Positions 51,201 through 63,420 of a stretch of 64,000 bases of DNA are shown here, in pieces (the stretch's first letter is position 1; each line of letters begins with the position of its first letter). The stretch is taken from NCBI GenBank assembly GCA_030141605.1, contig JAQGDQ010000077.1, forward strand, positions 124,001 to 188,000. Reading direction: 5' to 3'. The notes beneath the pieces are model-generated. The model was given only the letters and a program-made list of their open reading frames with translations. It did not search any database and was not told the DNA's origin. The stretch is from Tubiluchus corallicola (Eukaryota; Animalia; Priapulida). Made by a program: the position numbers and the translations under genes.

Positions 51201-54102
51201 CAAGTAATATTGTACTTTATTATGGTGCACATACTGAAGTTACTGAATGCTATTTTCAATTTTTCATCAAAAATCGATTTTTTGTTTGCCAAAGGTAAAC
51301 AAATACATTTCTTACGTAATTTTGCATTAAAGACCATTATGCGAGAAGTAGAAGGGTATAAATTATCAGATGTAATGTAATCATTGCCAAACGAGAGTAG
51401 TTTCTCATTAGCCTATGGAAAATGCAGCAAACTTAAAGTCCTGAAGGAATAAATTTCAAGAATAAAAATTTCTGAAAAAAAGATAAAAAGTAATTTGTCC
51501 CAAAAGCTGGAGTGTTGTAATCTTTCCCTTAATGGACAAATAGCATGCTAAGTGTAAAAGCATAGTATTTTCAGGTACAGCAAAATAAGGTCACACTTTT
51601 TTGTTAATTTAATCTGTGTACATGATATATGCATGCTTACAGCTAAGGGTATAGAGCAGTAATAGCTGAAAATTTTTTTTTAGAAATTAACTTCACTAAC
51701 TTTATCGGCCAATAACTCGAACGCTAAGTTCCCACTTTCAGCACAAATTCCCAGCCTGACTTACTTTGATGCTGTTTAAATAGTTTCACATTAGATCCAA
51801 AGCACTTATAGTAAGAAATGCATTAGTGTATGTGAGAAGGTCACCATGTAAGCCTAGAAAGCTCTCCGTTAGATTCTTTACATGCACAATTGCAGCTTTT
51901 CAAAAGTTAGTCAGCCCTAAACTTGCATACAGCTGTCTGTCCAAATGCTTATCAGAGGCAATTCTGCTTGACTTTGGTTAGCTGTATTTCAGATGCACTC
52001 ATTTATTTTATCATAAATTTATCATTTATTTGAGTTGCATATTCTTTTTTTACCTTATATTTAGATGTTGTCTAAAATGAAGAGACAGTTTGCTGAGATC
52101 TTGGCAGAGCTCAAGTTTCTTTCATCTACAAATCCAAAGGATCCTGAAGCCAATGTTAATTCAGGTAAATGACGAAGCCAGTGTAAATTTAGATAAATGA
52201 TGAAGCATTATGCTCTCCTCAAAATGCATCTGTATTTTTAAACAGAAATAAAGCAACAACTGCCTTTTATATAATAAATCAATGAGCTTGATATACTATT
52301 TATATACGGTAATGACATTTTGGCAAATCATTTTGATGTGCATTTATGAAACAGCAATTTTGACTCTGGGGCACATGAATAGCATTTTAAATATGTGAAA
52401 TTCATTACTAATGTATTGTTCATTCTGTGTTATAGATAATACTAATCTAATAAAAGCAGTGATTTGTGCTGGACTTTATCCAAAGGTAGCTAAGCTAAAA
52501 CAGCTCAGCAGGTCGAACAAAACGTGAGTTTTTTCTAAATAACATTATGTACAATTTGCCTTTAAAGTTGAATAAATAAATGTGTAGGGTTTCAGAAGTC
52601 TGGTACATAATGGTCTAATAACTGGCGAGATTTGCTTTGCCTTTGAGATGTTTTGTACTGAGTTGATTATTGCTATTTTACCTAATCTTCATTAATATTG
52701 GATTGAATATTAACAAAAGGGTACGGTTTCCTGCCCTTCTCAAAAACCATTCTATAATGGTTGCTTTCCCTTCTGTATTTGAAGTTTTCAAACTGACACC
52801 TCTTGCTTGAACTGTGTGCTTGCTCAGTTGGAGCAAATATTATTGTGGTTTGTGATACATCTTTAAGCATTCGTGCATGAAAAAGAAACCATCGTTTTTG
52901 TGCAGCTTGGTATATTTAGGAATGAAAGAACTGTGTCGGCGCTTATGCACTGATTGAAATACTTATCTGTGTATACTGTGTAAGCATAAGCACTCACAAT
53001 TCGACATTCTTTTATTTTACAGTAAGCCACCAAAGGCGATGACTAGAGAAGATGGCGTAGTCGCCATTCATCCGAAATCTATCAATGTCAGCACACAGTG
53101 CTTTACGTCGCGCTGGTTAATCTACCACCTAAAGATGAAAACCGCTAAGGTCAGTTAAATCAAAGCTATTCAAAATGGAAGGCTTATGGAAGGCATATGG
53201 AAACAAGTTACTGTATAGTTAGAGTAGCTGGGAGACATGGAAAGGGAAGGACAATTGGTAACTGTGTGTAAATAATAAATTTATGTTTTCATTTGCATTT
53301 GTCTGGAGACTGAATTTTGAAAATTTCATATTTAGGTATATCTGTTTGATACCACTAGTATTTCTCCATATCCATTGCTGTTTTTTGGTGGCAAGATCAG
53401 GGTTGAATGTGAGGATGGGAAAGATATGATCTACATAGACGATTACATAAATATACATGCTCCGCGTTCAACAGCCGAATTAGTAATGGTAAGCAGAATT
53501 ATATTAGAAACATAAACTTTTGAATGTGCAAGCTTCTTGCCATAGCTATGTACATTCAATATAAGCTATTGTTAAATTTCTTATCAAATGCTTCAAATGA
53601 CTACACTTAGACTTCAGCTTTGACTTATTGTCAATCTTAACTCAAGGTATTAGCACATAGGGCAGTCAGGTTGACAACAAATTTTACAGTGAAGCGGTCA
53701 TATTGACAACTAATTTTACACAGAGTTAAGAAGTTACGCAGGTTAGAAATAATTTTGGAATAGATGATTCTACATGTATCATTTTGGCTAACACTGCGAA
53801 ATTTTATCACTTGCAATTTACGTATATCACTTGCAACTCTACATTGTAACTGACACTTCTTCGAAACAAATTTGACAATGTAGCCTGAGATTTTCTTGTT
53901 TTTAGCTCCACAATAATTTATGTTGCAGAGATTGCGATCTGAATTGGAGCACATTTTGGAATACAAAATCACTCATCCTGGCATCACCCACTGGTCGTCT
54001 TGTGATCAGGAGATAGCCATTTTAAAAGCTATAGTGGATTTAGTTACTAGTGAACAAAGTCTTACTGTTGGTGACTATGATGATGAAGATGCCTCATTAT
54101 GA
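39698..54102 (+). CDS. DHX36: ATP-dependent DNA/RNA G-quadruplex helicase DHX36 (RHAU/G4R1), 18 coding exons, 1029 aa
   Basis: Exons: 39698-39844, 40935-41498, 42277-42447, 43021-43175, 43454-43620, 44796-44877, 46222-46474, 46671-46762, 47324-47440, 47761-47904, 48987-49203, 49660-49833, 50308-50472, 52065-52164, 52436-52523, 53023-53149, 53336-53488, 53929-54102 (3090 nt). DHX36-specific motif [15 protein letters not shown]. Helicase motifs [58 protein letters not shown]2 ([14 protein letters not shown]) and OB-fold (IHPKSIN). Confidence 0.97.
40247..40354. repeat. Two-copy 54-bp tandem repeat in the first coding-region intron of DHX36
   Basis: AGTTTTTTAAGCAGTGTCGTAATTGCACTATAGCTTTATATTTC at 40247 and 40301. 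Confidence 0.88.
44015..44392. mobile_element. hAT-type MITE, 378 bp, in a DHX36 intron
   Basis: Perfect 8-bp TSD GCTGCTGG (44007-44014 and 44393-44400). Termini TAGAGGTGAG / TTCACCCCTA. Subterminal CGAAT/TCGAA repeat clusters at both ends. Confidence 0.87.
45415..45535. repeat. (CT)n microsatellite
   Basis: Direct reading. It generates the spurious SL/ER-repeat ORFs. Confidence 0.93.
48177..48284. repeat. Compound (GT)n/(GCGT)n/(GAGT)n microsatellite
   Basis: Direct reading. Confidence 0.93.
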
Positions 54103-56949
54103 GAGGTGACAGCCCAGTAGGACTTTTGGATACTTTTGTTTGAGTGCTGTGCACAAGTATGTGATGTGTGTACAGTAGCAATAGCCTTAAATGATCCACA
54201 TTATGAGCACGTGAATTTACATAATTTATGTGAAGTAAGCCTTATATGAATTTAGAGACAATTTAGTTAATATTATTTGGTTCTGCTATAGCTTCTGAGT
54301 GCAATTTGACAATATTTTAGAAGTAACACTTGTTCTAGAAGTAAGAACACTTTCCTGTCTGAACGTGCTGTATAAATCACTGAAATATTCCATTGTTGCA
54401 TAGACTGCTAAGTTGAAACACATAGATCTTTGTCGTTCTGGTTAGCTTGTTTCACTGCTCGCACAAATAATTTTTCTTCACAAGTTGGAAATCAGAAGAA
54501 AATCGATGGATGTACGGTAGTTGTACACACTTATTAAAATTTCAGTGGTGGAAATCAGTAAAAATAACAGTTTTGTTAATTAGGCCACTATTATATGAGA
54601 GAATGAAAGCATTTACTGTCATTTTGATGAAAAGCTATAAAATAATTTTTTTATTCTACTTTTGGGTGGTTGCTTTTTATTATAATATGACTTTTGTCTG
54701 AAATAATATTTTTCATATCCTTATTGACAAAGCAGCATAGTTTACATACTAATCTACTGTATATACTTATATATCATTATACTAGTGTATTTCTTATAAA
54801 AAATTCTGCAACTGAAATATTGCATCTACATTCTAAAGAGAACTATTGACACTCGATGAAGAAGCACTTAGGTGGTTAAAAATAACAAATAACTTAGAAC
54901 AAACTGCAATAGAATTTTTCTTTTCAGATTCTGTTAGAACATAGTTTCAGGTACCCTCAACAAAAAATCGGCTTTGATACTTTTGAGAGATATACATAAA
55001 TCTAAGATATACCTACATGGGCCAAAAATCAGATATCTCCTAATCTATCCAGGCTAGATGAAAAATATGTATTATCTACTGATAGGAAAGTAGAGCGCAG
55101 GATTTCAAAATGGGGTTATTTTTCATATGTGACGTCACGATGACGTTATAACACTATTAAGACGTAATTAAGAACATCACCGCTTCACTGTCGTTGAAAA
55201 TGGGTTACTGGAATTGATCGTTCAATATCAGCACTTGCAATAGCATTCAAAATCAGTTAAAGATTGACGTAGCATGTCTTCAGTGTCTATTTACTTTATT
55301 TCATTGACATCTAGATGGTGCCTATGGGGGGTCAATTGCTTCTCTAAAACAATTGATCCTAGCTGACAATGATGTGTTAATGACTGATCGGAAAATACAA
55401 AATATGAATCCAAAAATGTTGCTATTTTTCAGTTATGACGTCGCAATGCCATTGTCACACCACTCAGAGCAATATTGCTTTTCATTTTACTTTTGAGTGC
55501 TTGGCAATGGCAACTAGCACATGGAAGGAAGCAGCTTTGCCGTTAGCTAGGTCCATCATTTTGCAAACGTGTTACACTGATGACAATTAGTAGGCTGTGG
55601 TGTGGGGAGGGAGGGGGACGAAAAGAGTTGGCTGGCAGGAGGCAGTGGGAAGGACGTCTGGCCAAGACAGACCCGTCCAGGCATGCCACGTGTGGTTGAA
55701 CAGGCTAAGACCGCAATGCTTAATAATGGTAGTCACTGAAATTGAGTTACTTGCTCTCCAGTATAATTCTTCTTTGGCGTCAAAATGAAAGTATCGGATG
55801 CAAAGACACAAACAGGCTGCTGCACAAAGATGATATGGACGTGAAAGGGATGGCCAACCCATCATTGTTCCTCCAAATGTTCAGTGGTTGTGATACAGTA
55901 TCTCATCTGTGTGCCATTATCTTAAAGCTAGTTGACCAGTCCAATCAACTAGATGACACTAGATGCTCTTTTATAAACCCTAAAGTGAGTTAGGACCAAA
56001 TAGCTAATGTAGGACGAAGGGCGTTAGTTTACCTTTGCAGCAGAGGAGAGGAAGATTTTAGTTATCGCTAAGTAAACGAAGATAGTTTGAAAAGACATAT
56101 ACTAGCTAAACTAATACTATTATCATCATTTGTGAACATGTCTCCATGCTAGCGGTCCTAGTGAAGGTTTGGTCCATGTATCCGCTTGATGAGCAAACTC
56201 CTTCTACTGGACAGATTAAAAACTGTCAATAACGGCGAATTTAGGTATCAAACTAAATGTTTTATCTATAAAGTGTGTTCTCGAAAGGTATTTTATTAGC
56301 GTTTGTCCATTACCTTGTCACCTGTATATATTTGTAAATGAAAGCAATAAACAAATGAGTTAAAATATCATGATGTACTTATTTGCATTATTACTTCATA
56401 TATAGCGACATTACATAACAACATAATAACATCACAACACGACTTGTAAATAAAACAAAAATAGTGTTAGTCAACATCACAAAATTAACTATTCATTATA
56501 TCATCATGGATTCTTTACTCCCTACACACTTAGTGTCTTTATTGCATGAGGAAAACCACCTTATTAATTTTGGCAATAGTGACAGTAAAATGAAAAAAAG
56601 GTACAACGGCATTTAAATCCATTATAGGTTTTTCCAATAATTCTTTCTTCACAATCCTGTTTTAATGGTTGTTTTTGTACATATGCAGTCTTATCTAGAG
56701 TAAACGCCCAGTGGTGTGCACATGTACGCAATATCCTGTATGTACAGTTAATATGATTTTTGCAATGTCTTTGTAATGATTTTTATTACTAAAAAAAGTC
56801 AACGAGAAATTGGCTTACAATTTCAATCACAAACTCGCAAAATAGTTATGTTTTTGATAGGTGAAAGTAGATGACACTAGAGACCTACTTGATGTTGTCT
56901 TCTAGCAAGGTGAGTAATGAGAAACCCGCTACTGAAACCTTTTGCATTA

Positions 56950-57020
56950 AACACGTGCTCAATGCGCATGCGTGATTGGTGTTAGCAGCCGACACCGGGT
57001 TTCATCGAAACAAGTATGAA
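56950..57020 (+). promoter_or_regulatory. Promoter-like motif cluster (E-box, NRF1, reverse CCAAT)
   Basis: CACGTG 56952-56957, TGCGCATGCG 56963-56972 and ATTGG 56975-56979 within 30 bp. Possible donor GTATGA at 57014. Confidence 0.5.
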
Positions 57021-58269
57021 GATGTGATAAATCGGTTTATGTTAAACTTTTGCGTATGAGTGCGTATGGAAAAAACATTATATTTAATAAATAATATAGC
57101 ATGTGAGAAGTCTACCACCAAACTTACTATATCGAGATTTTTAGAGTTCCAAAAATGAACAATTATCCCTGTTCTACAGCGTTCAGTTATGTGCTTTTGT
57201 GGACAATTCTATGCACTACGTCAGCTTCTGAAATGAAAGGTATAAAGTTTCACTAATCGTCTGTTTTACATATTGTGTATATTCGTTTCAAAACTATACG
57301 TTATTTTCACGAAGAATGTAAGCGTAAATTTTAATATACCAGTATGAAGGTAGTTAGGCCTATGTTAAAAGTAGATATTTTTAAGTACTGCTATACGTAT
57401 AATCCTTCGTCTTTTGATCAAAACGTATGTGATGAATGAAGGTGTAAATTTTCAGTTTATCTTTTCAAACTGTGCGAACCTGAAATAACATTAATCAGAA
57501 CCACGCAAAATCGTTGTAATATTGTACGTGGCGTCCATGTCCTCAGTGGTCTTGGCTCTAAATCAGAGGAAAGACTATATTGCAGAACCGTTGAAAACAT
57601 GCACGTCACGCACGGCTCTGATTAACTTGATGCTAAGTTACCTGATGACTGAGTACTGTGATGAGGAGTGAACGACTGCTTTTCGGTTCAAGAGATTGCG
57701 GAATTTAATAGATCATACATAAAAACTGTGTGTGGAGAAAACAAGCAGGTTGCTAGATTATTAGTTACATGTACGACAGTCAGTAACAGTTCTCCAGTTT
57801 TGACTTGTGATTTTTAGAAATTTTTAGAAATTAATCATGGTTTTACATTATTAAAAGAGAAGAAGTCTAGCGGCAAGTGCTGGATGTTATTATAAACTAA
57901 GGAATGGCAAAAAATTGCGGCAGTTGATTTTCTTTCTCGAGGCAAGATGAAGTTCGTCGTAAGTTCGATTCCACGACTAGGTATTACAAACGATGCCAAC
58001 GGCACATGCATTTATTAGAATAAAAGTTAGTTTTATTCTTTTCTTACTTTTACCTTCCTGTGTTATTGGCATAATCAAACATACTTTCCTGACAATAAAA
58101 AAATCCACATTTTTAATGTGTTTATTTCATATGTAGTAAATTTTTGAAACTGCTTTCAACGCTTTCCTGCTGACTGACATTTGTTCATTTATTTCTGTTA
58201 ATGTAAGCTTTCCACTACTATTGTTGGTACTCTGCTGTTATAGACAAGAAAACAATAGTTTATGCGCTT

Positions 58270-58431
58270 CTACTGTTACTGTTACTGCTGTTGCTGCTGC
58301 TGCCGCCATCGCCGCTGGTGCTGCTGCTGCTACTACTACTAGTACTACTACTACATGTACTACTATTACTGCTGCTGCTGCTGCTGCTGCTGCTCCTCCT
58401 CCTCCTCCTCCTCCTCCTCCTCCTCCTCCTC

Positions 58432-58525
<94 letters not shown>

Positions 58526-58648
58526 AACCAGGGCCTATTTCAAGGGGGGAAGTGGGGATACTTCCCCGGGGCCTCACCCTCTAGGGGGGGCCTCGCGCCA
58601 AGGTAACATTTTTTTGCTTTATGCGAACCTACCGTCTCTCTCTCTCTC

Positions 58649-58723
<75 letters not shown>

Positions 58724-58972
58724 CCGCGCGCGCGCCGTTTGCCAGTATTGACAAGTATTAAGGACTGGTCTTGAGAATTCTTGAGAATAAAGCAGTTTTT
58801 TCAATTGTTCTTTCCTTTAACAACTGTATAACTCCATATTTTCTCTCCGAAAATGCTTCTCCGGCATTCTAGCAGTTCAAAAATTTTACCGATGGGGCCT
58901 CACACGTCCCACTTCCCCGGGCCTCGCCTAGGCTGGAATAGGCCCTGACTACTACTACTACTACTACTACTA
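58270..58972. repeat. Compound trinucleotide microsatellite (GCT)n(CCT)n(ACT)n, interrupted by a transposon
   Basis: Direct reading. (ACT)n resumes at 58948 after the insertion. Confidence 0.92.
58529..58947. mobile_element. hAT-type MITE, 419 bp, inserted in an (ACT)n array and carrying an internal (CT)n
   Basis: TIRs CAGGGCCTATTTCA / TGGAATAGGCCCTG (13/14). TSD ACTACAAC (58521-58528) / ACTACTAC (58948-58955). ACTTCCCCGGGGCCTC is repeated near both ends. Confidence 0.88.
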
Positions 58973-59764
58973 CTTTGCACCCATCACTTGTGTCGCTTTT
59001 CCGTGGAATTTTCGCTACTGATTAAAATAATTGAAAGCGAAATTGGATTAAATGCCGACTGCGTACAGCCCTTTGGGAACCAGGGATGAGGCAAGTCAAT
59101 AATGGTAATTGTTTCAGCAAAGTCGAGAAAGCATTCACGTGTAAATTAAGTAACGTTAGTAGCGCCAGTCGAAAAAGAAAAGTTTCAAAGGGTTGAAATT
59201 TGAAAGTTGACTTACTTAGTGCCTAATAGTTGATGCGTCGGTGGTGGAACACGGTCGAGTGGAGTATTTCATGGAATTTAAGACATGCTAGGTTGATCAG
59301 GGTCGTCTCGTGGTTTTTGAATTCTTAATAAAATTTAAATGTGTTCAGTCAATAAGTTTCTGATTTTGTTTTGATGTTTAACTTAGTATGGTAGGCGATG
59401 TACGACTTGTGGGGTTGTGTACTTTGTTAAATTAACGCCCTGTTTATAATGGGGCTGAGTTTTGTACGCATATTCTGCATCGAAATCTGAACAGCTGTAC
59501 TATTGGTAAAAAAGCGACCAAAAAGCGGTTTTTGTGGAAATTGGCTGTTTGATTCGTTTTTTATATAATGTTGTGCTTTATATTTCACAACTTCATTCAA
59601 TTCCGTGAAACTCAATAAACATTCTAGTGCATTGTTTAGATAATTACTGCCAATAGTTTAATCATTTAAACAAAACGCGTACGGGTAAGCAATGGTTGCA
59701 TAATCTTTGCCATTAAAGGTTAGCATTATAGAATACAATAAATGAGTTTTTGTAAGGAATGTTC

Positions 59765-59910
59765 TTGAGCATGCGCGCCAGTGTCGCGCGCATTGTTTCT
59801 AGCCGACCAATGAACGAATGACATCCGTCGTCTTATCGAAAATCACCCATTTGCCTGCTATCGCTGGATGTGAAAACCCACCCTCTCTCCACCCACTACT
59901 AAAGTAAGAA
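59765..59910 (+). promoter_or_regulatory. Second promoter-like cluster with a candidate non-coding first exon
   Basis: GCATGCGC (NRF1-like) 59769-59776, CGCGCGCA, CCAAT 59807-59811, locally CpG-rich, followed by donor GTAAGA at 59904. Confidence 0.4.
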
Positions 59911-62723
59911 TGTAATTTTTGTGTGAACTTTAGGTTTAGATACTTTTAACATTGCAGTGTTTTTTTCTGTGGTGTGAAATTTTTATATATAATGTACCAT
60001 ATTATATTGGTGAAATTGCTTTACTGAGCGTTTGGTATAATTTTGCAATATATTGTAGTATTGAAAACCATGCTTTCTTATGGTTTACAGTAGCATCATA
60101 GACGCAGTTAATACCGTGATTAATATAGTCACGTATTGGGTGGGGCGTTATTTGTGTGTGCCCCACCTTTTTCGCCCCTTGCTATATTGAATGTATTGTC
60201 ATTTTAATAAATGACCCCATTTTATCAACTAATTTCATTCTTGGTGCTTTTGCAAAAAACTAGCTAGGTTCAGCCAATTTTACCTTTTTTATGAACATTA
60301 GCTTATAAAAATTATATTATTTGTATAGGTCAGGATGGCAAGTCTATTATATAGAGTTGAATTAGTTATGCGCGTTGGAATAAATTTATAATTTTCATTG
60401 CCAAGATAAACGTAGATTCTGCAATGACAATAGCAGAGTTTCTGACAGCAAAGGGTTCTGTTTTCAGCGCTGACAATCTGCCCATCGGCATTAACTTAAT
60501 TTTAATTTTGTCTGTTTGCAGCGCTACATAATAAAGCATTTATATGAAATTTGTACCTAAATTAATACGGTCCAATTCAAACTGGTCGTTCATCAATGTA
60601 AATTAAAGTTAATTCAGTGCCTTATAGCGGGATAATGGATCAAGGAACCCAATGAAGAGCTATGTTAAAAAACAAAATACAAAAACTATAAAGTAAATGT
60701 ATTCGGAAATTTCGAGGTGACAGAAGCAGGGAGTGGTTACTACAGAAGGCAGCGAGAACATTTAAGCGTATTCTAGGCAATTAGGTGTTTGAGTGTTTAA
60801 GTTCACTCTTCCAAGTATTTTGCAACTTTTTTAGGATACTTTTCTAATAATTATGGTTGCCGTTTAATGGCATCGAATGTCATTAGAAAGTAAGAGATTG
60901 AGCTTCAATATATTTTTTTGAATTCTTCTAGCCTTAACTGTTTGCATTCAATACAAGTTTAAAAATTGGCTCCATTTTTTGTGTCTTGCAAAATTTATAA
61001 AATGCACACCAGTTATATCGAGCTGCCATTATAAAGTGTGCCAAGAAACCATGTAGACTTTTAACTGCAAAAAGTTTCTACAACCACCGTTCTTGGGTAT
61101 GTGTCCATATCATACAGATACTTGCAGAGCTACCATGGGTAAACATTACCACAGTGTTAGCATTGATTTCATTAATATTAATAGTTTCATGGCTATTAAG
61201 CTGCCTAGTTTGCTTACGAGTAATTAATAATTCACCGGGATGCGGTAGTAAATTCTACACGACATCTCCACTTTGCAAAATGATTTCAGAAGAGGTTTGT
61301 CAGTTATGATGTGATGCGAATGCTGAACTGTAGGAAATCACTGCCTGTTTTATGCACGAACAATTTTCACAAATTTAGCGTAGAAATAATACTACAGAAA
61401 TGTTGTTATTCGCGAGAAAATCTAATCCTTGGTTTGGAAGTTATAGGAATGGTTATTATAGTAACCGTGCTTTCTGAAATATTGGCTGCCCTAAGGATAT
61501 GATTACTGCTGTATTCTCTAAGGAAAGGATATTGGACTCTAGTTGATAGTTAACCTTCGTATGTGCCTGCTAGTGATTTGATTGGGAATGGTGACTAATG
61601 TAATTTCTGTCCTTTGAATTTGTGAGTTGTAAGTAACATTGGGAGTAATAGTGGGGAATATTGTAAACGTCTGTAATTTCTTCAATGGCTTCGCTGTAGG
61701 TTTCCCGGGGGTCTTGTTCAATGAGTCAAAGATTGGATTGTCTAATATTTTTTTCTGGAAATGGTTTTCAATATCTTAACCTATTAGAAAAATTGGCATA
61801 TGCGATGGTGTTTTAAGAGGTTTCACACCGGTTTTCATTTTATTGGCATGCTCTTCTGAGGCTGGCCAGCCATATCAATCTAAATCTGCCTCACGTTAAA
61901 CAATTTCTATTAGCTTTAGCGGCTTTTGTTGAAACAATAGCACTTCAGCAGCGCTATTTTGATGGATGACGATTCCCCATGCGCGGTCTCTAGGCACATT
62001 TAATGAGTTGTATTCGTGCAATGATAGCTCTTTATTTATCCCTGTCAGTAAAACGTTCACATTATAATGGATATGAAAGTAAATAAGAGGCGCCTGTTTG
62101 CACACGGTAAAGAGAAACCGTAGATTAACCAAATCTGGGAATATCGTGAAATTGTTGGGTAATAACGGGAAGCAAGAAACGTGGTGTGTTTTCCACAAGA
62201 ATTTTTTGATTTTTGCTGTCCGATATAGTTTGCTCAAATGCTCTTGTCTTGGAAGTTGAAAGGTGCTGCTTTGCTTCGGTGTACATTAGAAATGCTGAAG
62301 ATATTGACATCCTGGAGCAGCAAGTTTAAATCACGATAAAAACCACGTGTTTTGGTTGAAAAAGGGAAAATGGGAAAGAAAAAAGAAAAGAAGAGAGAAG
62401 AGAAGTAAAAGAGACAAAAGGATTGAAATTGGAAGGAGCGGAAAGAGAAAAGTAGAAAATTAAAATGAAGGGGACAAGAAAAGAGAACAAATGAGAACAA
62501 AGTAGGAATGAATTCAGACTAGCTATATGTGTTATTTTTATACACGTTGGCCGCATTGCGAGACAGAATCCTTCATTTAATTGCAGGGTCTACTCAGACT
62601 AGTGGTGTGTCTGTATGAGCTTATGATCATTTCATACAAATAGACTTAGTTTGTGTACACAAGTTGTAATAATGTTTAATAAAAACGAAGTATAGTTATT
62701 CGTTTATCCGATGAATAGGCTAC

Positions 62724-63420
62724 ATTTATTTATTTTTATTTAATTTCACATACATTAAAAATATACATTAAAAAATAAACTACCAAACAATAAAAACATG
62801 AATGTCTGGAGGGACGTAAAGAGACTAGCTGCTTACATACGCCTATCGAACACGATCCATTTATCAAAATTCAAAAACTTTAATCTAGTTTTGAAAAAGT
62901 TTAGAATTGCCTGCAGTGACTAAAGGTGCATCATTTACCGAAATGGCTAAGGAATTCCACACTTGAACAACATGGTTGGAGAAAAAAACCCAAACTTTTT
63001 TATTCGTTCTACGAACATACAGTTTGAGACTAAGGCTACTTTTTGTCCTATCAGTGAGTACTCCTGTAAAAAAATTCAGGATCTAAATCAACATACCTAT
63101 TAATTATTTTGTAACACATGACAAATCGCTTTGTAATCGTCTCTCCCCTTAACGATCTAAAATGAAGTTTTTCTGGTAGGTTTCATGTATAAGTTCTGAG
63201 TTACATCTATAAAATAATCGCATTGTAAAATATCTTTATGCATTTTCAACAATATCTACATCCTCATGTAATGACGAGCGATATACGGGAGCAATATTCA
63301 ACTATAGGCTTCAGTTAAACTTTAAATGCTTTAAGGAGAACATTCCTATTTTTAGCACATACCTGAATTTTTTTATAATGTACCTTATTAACTTCTCACA
63401 TAAGTGAACATAAATCATTG
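62724..63420 (-). mobile_element. Decayed CR1-type LINE, 3' fragment
   Basis: Minus-strand peptides in CR1 ORF2 C-terminal order: KNRNVLLKAFKV*LKPIVEYCS, DVDIVEN, RYFTMRLF, ERRLQSDL, CYKIINRYVDLDPEFF, FFSNHVVQVWNSL. A-rich tail, seen as (TTTA)n on + at about 62724-62746. Confidence 0.8.

Noticed and set aside
55603-55655. GGGGAGGGAGGGG as a G-quadruplex downstream of DHX36
   Set aside because: Only three closely spaced G-runs; the fourth is about 30 nt away.
58221-58804. Poly-A/P/T, poly-L, poly-S/Y ORFs resembling a mucin
   Set aside because: Trinucleotide microsatellite plus MITE. Several frames are open only because the repeat lacks stops.
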